Below, piece by piece: positions 61,646-64,000 of a stretch of 64,000 nucleotides of DNA. Each line of letters starts with the position of its first letter. The first letter of the stretch is position 1. The position numbers were made by a program, and so were the translations under genes. The stretch is from Gemmatimonadota bacterium (lineage in GTDB: Bacteria; Gemmatimonadota; Gemmatimonadetes; Gemmatimonadales; GWC2-71-9). Location of the stretch: NCBI GenBank assembly GCA_003223415.1, contig QHUY01000015.1, positions 14,115-78,114 of the forward strand, written 5' to 3'. The notes below the pieces were generated by a model. The model was not told the origin of the DNA and did no database searches. It saw only the letters and a program-made list of their open reading frames with translations.

Positions 61646-64000
61646 GCTGCGGGTCGTCGGCAAGGCCCATCGCAAACTCGACGCCACCGCGAAGGTCACC
61701 GGTGTCACCAAGTTCGCCGACGACCTCTTCCTGCCGCGCATGCTGTACTCCAAGCTGCTCCGCAGCCCGCACGCGCACGCCCGCATCGTCTCCGTCGACA
61801 CCACCAAGGCGCTCGCCCTCGGCGGGGTGAAGGCCGTGCTCACAGGGAAGGATCTGCCCATCCCCTTCGGCATTCTCCCGGTGAGCCAGGACGAGCACGC
61901 GCTTGCCCACGACAAGGTGCGCTTCGTCGGCGACCCGGTCGCTGCCGTCGCCGCGGTGAGCGAGGAGATCGCGACCGAGGCGCTCGACCTGATCGCCGTC
62001 ACGTACGAGCCCTTGAAGGCCATCTCCTCGGCCGAGGAGGCGGTGGCTCACCCCGAGCCGCGGATCCACGACTACGGCGACTACGGCAACCTGCACAAGC
62101 TCATCGACCTCGAGTTCGGCGACGTGGAAGAAGGCTTCGCGGAGGCGGACCTGGTGCGCGAGGACCTCTTCTTCTTCGAGGGCAGCACGCACCTGCCGAT
62201 GGAGCAGCACGCCGCTCTCGCGGACTGGGCGCCCCCGCCGGATGGCAAGGTGACGCTGTGGAGCGCGACCCAGACCCCGCACTACGTCCACCGCGCGCTC
62301 GCCAAGGTGCTGGAGCTGCCGCCCGCGAAAATCCGCGTGATCGCCACGCCCAACGGGGGCGGGTTCGGCGGCAAGAGCGACCCCTTCAGCCACGAGATCG
62401 TGGTCGCGAAGCTCGCCATCCTGACCGGGCGACCCGTGAAGATCACGCTCACCCGCGAAGAGGTGTTCTACTGCCACCGCGGCCGCCACCCGACGCTGAT
62501 GTGGGTGAAGACCGGTGTGAAAAGGAATGGCGCGATCACGGGGATGCACTTCAAGTCGCTGCTCGACGGCGGCGGCTACGGCTCTTACGGCGTCGCGAGC
62601 ACGTACTACACGGGGGCGCTCCAGACCGTCACCTATCCGGTGCCGCGCTACAAGTTTCAAGGCGCCCGAGCGTTCACGAACAAGCCGCCGTGCGGCCCGA
62701 AGCGCGGGCACGGCACCCCGCAGCCGCGCTACGCGCTCGAGGTCCATCTCGACAAGATCGCCGAGCAGCTGAGCATCGATCCGGCCGAGCTGCGGCTCCA
62801 GCACCTCGTGCCGCCCAACTCGCTCACCGCGAACTACCTGCGCATCGGCTCGATGGGCCTCGGCGCCTGCATCCGCAAAGTGGTCGAGGGCTCTGGATGG
62901 AAGCAGAAGTTCCGGAAGCTCCCGCTCGGCCAAGGGGTGGGGCTCGCATGCTCCAGCTACATCAGCGGGGCCGGCCTGCCGATCTACTGGAACAACATGC
63001 CGCATTCGGGCGTGCAGCTGAAATGCGATCGCGGCGGCGGCGTGACGGTCTTCTGCGGCTCGACCGAGATCGGGCAGGGCTCCGACTCGATTCTCGCCTA
63101 CATCGTGGCCGAGGTGCTGGGGATCGATCCGTTCGATATCGCCGTCGTGACCGCCGACACCGACCTCACGCCGGTGGACCTGGGGAGCTACTCCTCCCGC
63201 GTGACTCTGATGAGCGGCAACGCCGCGCTACAGGCGGCCGAGCGGGCGCGCGAGATTCTAGCGTCGCACGCGGCGCGCAAACTCGAGATCCCGGTCGAGC
63301 GAGTGGTCTTCGCCGATCGGCGGGTGTTCGACGCCGAGGACCCCGAGCGCGGCCTCGCCTTCGCCGCGGCGGTGCAGCTCGCCGAGGCGGCGCAAGGCAC
63401 CGTCGGCACCGTCGGCTCCTACACCCCGCCCCAGAGCGCGGGCCGCTACCGCGGCGCCGGCGTCGGTCCGTCCCCCGCCTACTCCTACACCGCGGCGGTC
63501 GCCGAAGTGGACGTGGATCAAGAGACCGGCATCGTGATCGTGCCGCGCATCTGGATCGCCCACGACGTAGGCCGCTCGATCAATGCGGCGGCGGTGATGG
63601 GCCAGGTCGAGGGCTCGGTCTACATGGGCCTGGGCGAGGCCCTGATGGAGGAGATGGCCTACCGCGGCAACCGGAACACGGTGCATAAATTCCCAAGCCT
63701 GCTCGAGTATAAGAGCCCGACCACCCTCGAGATGTGCGACGTGGTCACCTACCTGATCGAGGACCCCGACCCCAGCGGTCCTTTCGGCGCGAAGGAAGTC
63801 GGCCAAGGGCCCCTGCTACCGGTGATGCCGGCGGTGGCCAACGCCGTGTACGACGCCGTCGGCGTGCGGGTGGACGAGATCCCGGTCACCCCCGAGAAGG
63901 TGCTGAAAGCGCTGAAGCGGAAAGCCAAGGGGGAGGAGCCGCGGTTCGGGCCGAGCACCTTCCCCGACATTCCCTGGCCGGAGCCGACGCGGGTGCCGCC
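61632..64000 (+). CDS. Molybdopterin-binding large subunit of a xanthine-dehydrogenase-family enzyme (runs off the window)
   Basis: My own translation from the ATG at 61632: MAGAKLRVVGKAHRKLDATAKVTGVTKFADDL...RSPHAHARIVSVD...GGGFGGK...GQGS.... No stop before 64000. This frame is absent from the ORF track, presumably because it is open-ended. Confidence 0.85.
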   Translation, partial: MAGAKLRVVGKAHRKLDATAKVTGVTKFADDLFLPRMLYSKLLRSPHAHARIVSVDTTKALALGGVKAVLTGKDLPIPFGILPVSQDEHALAHDKVRFVGDPVAAVAAVSEEIATEALDLIAVTYEPLKAISSAEEAVAHPEPRIHDYGDYGNLHKLIDLEFGDVEEGFAEADLVREDLFFFEGSTHLPMEQHAALADWAPPPDGKVTLWSATQTPHYVHRALAKVLELPPAKIRVIATPNGGGFGGKSDPFSHEIVVAKLAILTGRPVKITLTREEVFYCHRGRHPTLMWVKTGVKRNGAITGMHFKSLLDGGGYGSYGVASTYYTGALQTVTYPVPRYKFQGARAFTNKPPCGPKRGHGTPQPRYALEVHLDKIAEQLSIDPAELRLQHLVPPNSLTANYLRIGSMGLGACIRKVVEGSGWKQKFRKLPLGQGVGLACSSYISGAGLPIYWNNMPHSGVQLKCDRGGGVTVFCGSTEIGQGSDSILAYIVAEVLGIDPFDIAVVTADTDLTPVDLGSYSSRVTLMSGNAALQAAERAREILASHAARKLEIPVERVVFADRRVFDAEDPERGLAFAAAVQLAEAAQGTVGTVGSYTPPQSAGRYRGAGVGPSPAYSYTAAVAEVDVDQETGIVIVPRIWIAHDVGRSINAAAVMGQVEGSVYMGLGEALMEEMAYRGNRNTVHKFPSLLEYKSPTTLEMCDVVTYLIEDPDPSGPFGAKEVGQGPLLPVMPAVANAVYDAVGVRVDEIPVTPEKVLKALKRKAKGEEPRFGPSTFPDIPWPEPTRVP

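Overview
This is a very GC-rich bacterial chromosomal segment. The gene content indicates a diderm: TolC-like, TonB-dependent and other outer-membrane barrel proteins are present. The protein flavour suggests Gemmatimonadota or Acidobacteriota, but that is only a weak guess. Genes are tightly packed, and about 14 junctions use overlapping ATGA or GTGA stop/start codons; I used these to pick start codons. I found no rRNA, tRNA, CRISPR array, integrase or transposase.

Gene content from left to right:
- A MacAB-TolC-type efflux operon and a DUF5916-like protein.
- A methyl-accepting chemotaxis protein that reads without a stop codon into an outer-membrane barrel.
- An amidohydrolase.
- A Ser/Thr kinase, cupredoxin and porin cluster.
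- Housekeeping and accessory genes: DinB, PHP, DppA, uppS, PhzF, an ABC-2 exporter, SRPBCC and EamA.
- A TonB-dependent receptor, followed by a protease-rich stretch (M1, S9, nitrilase).
- A broken fabH and an HD-GYP-like protein.
- An Hpt-REC / HEAT / GT2 / YaiO-like exopolysaccharide module.
- An approx 14-kb block with several DUF11-repeat surface proteins. It includes an approx 1,900-aa DUF11 + SdrD-like + Big_1 + beta-barrel reading frame, a zinc-ribbon protein, a sigma-54 enhancer-binding protein, a receiver protein and a hybrid histidine kinase.
- An M19 dipeptidase and a xanthine-dehydrogenase-family oxidoreductase.

Most interesting observations:
1. The 14-kb DUF11 block is bracketed by approx 100-nt imperfect direct repeats. 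These duplicate the convergent 3' ends of the two flanking genes, which is an insertion signature.
2. The block looks like a self-contained, sigma-54-controlled surface-structure system with no recognisable chaperone, usher or sortase.
3. Three extraordinary poly-C tracts of 26, 27 and 28 nt interrupt or overwrite three genes.
4. Short 7- and 8-nt tandem arrays and several other reading-frame anomalies are present.

All family calls come from motifs I recognised by eye in the supplied translations. No searches were run.
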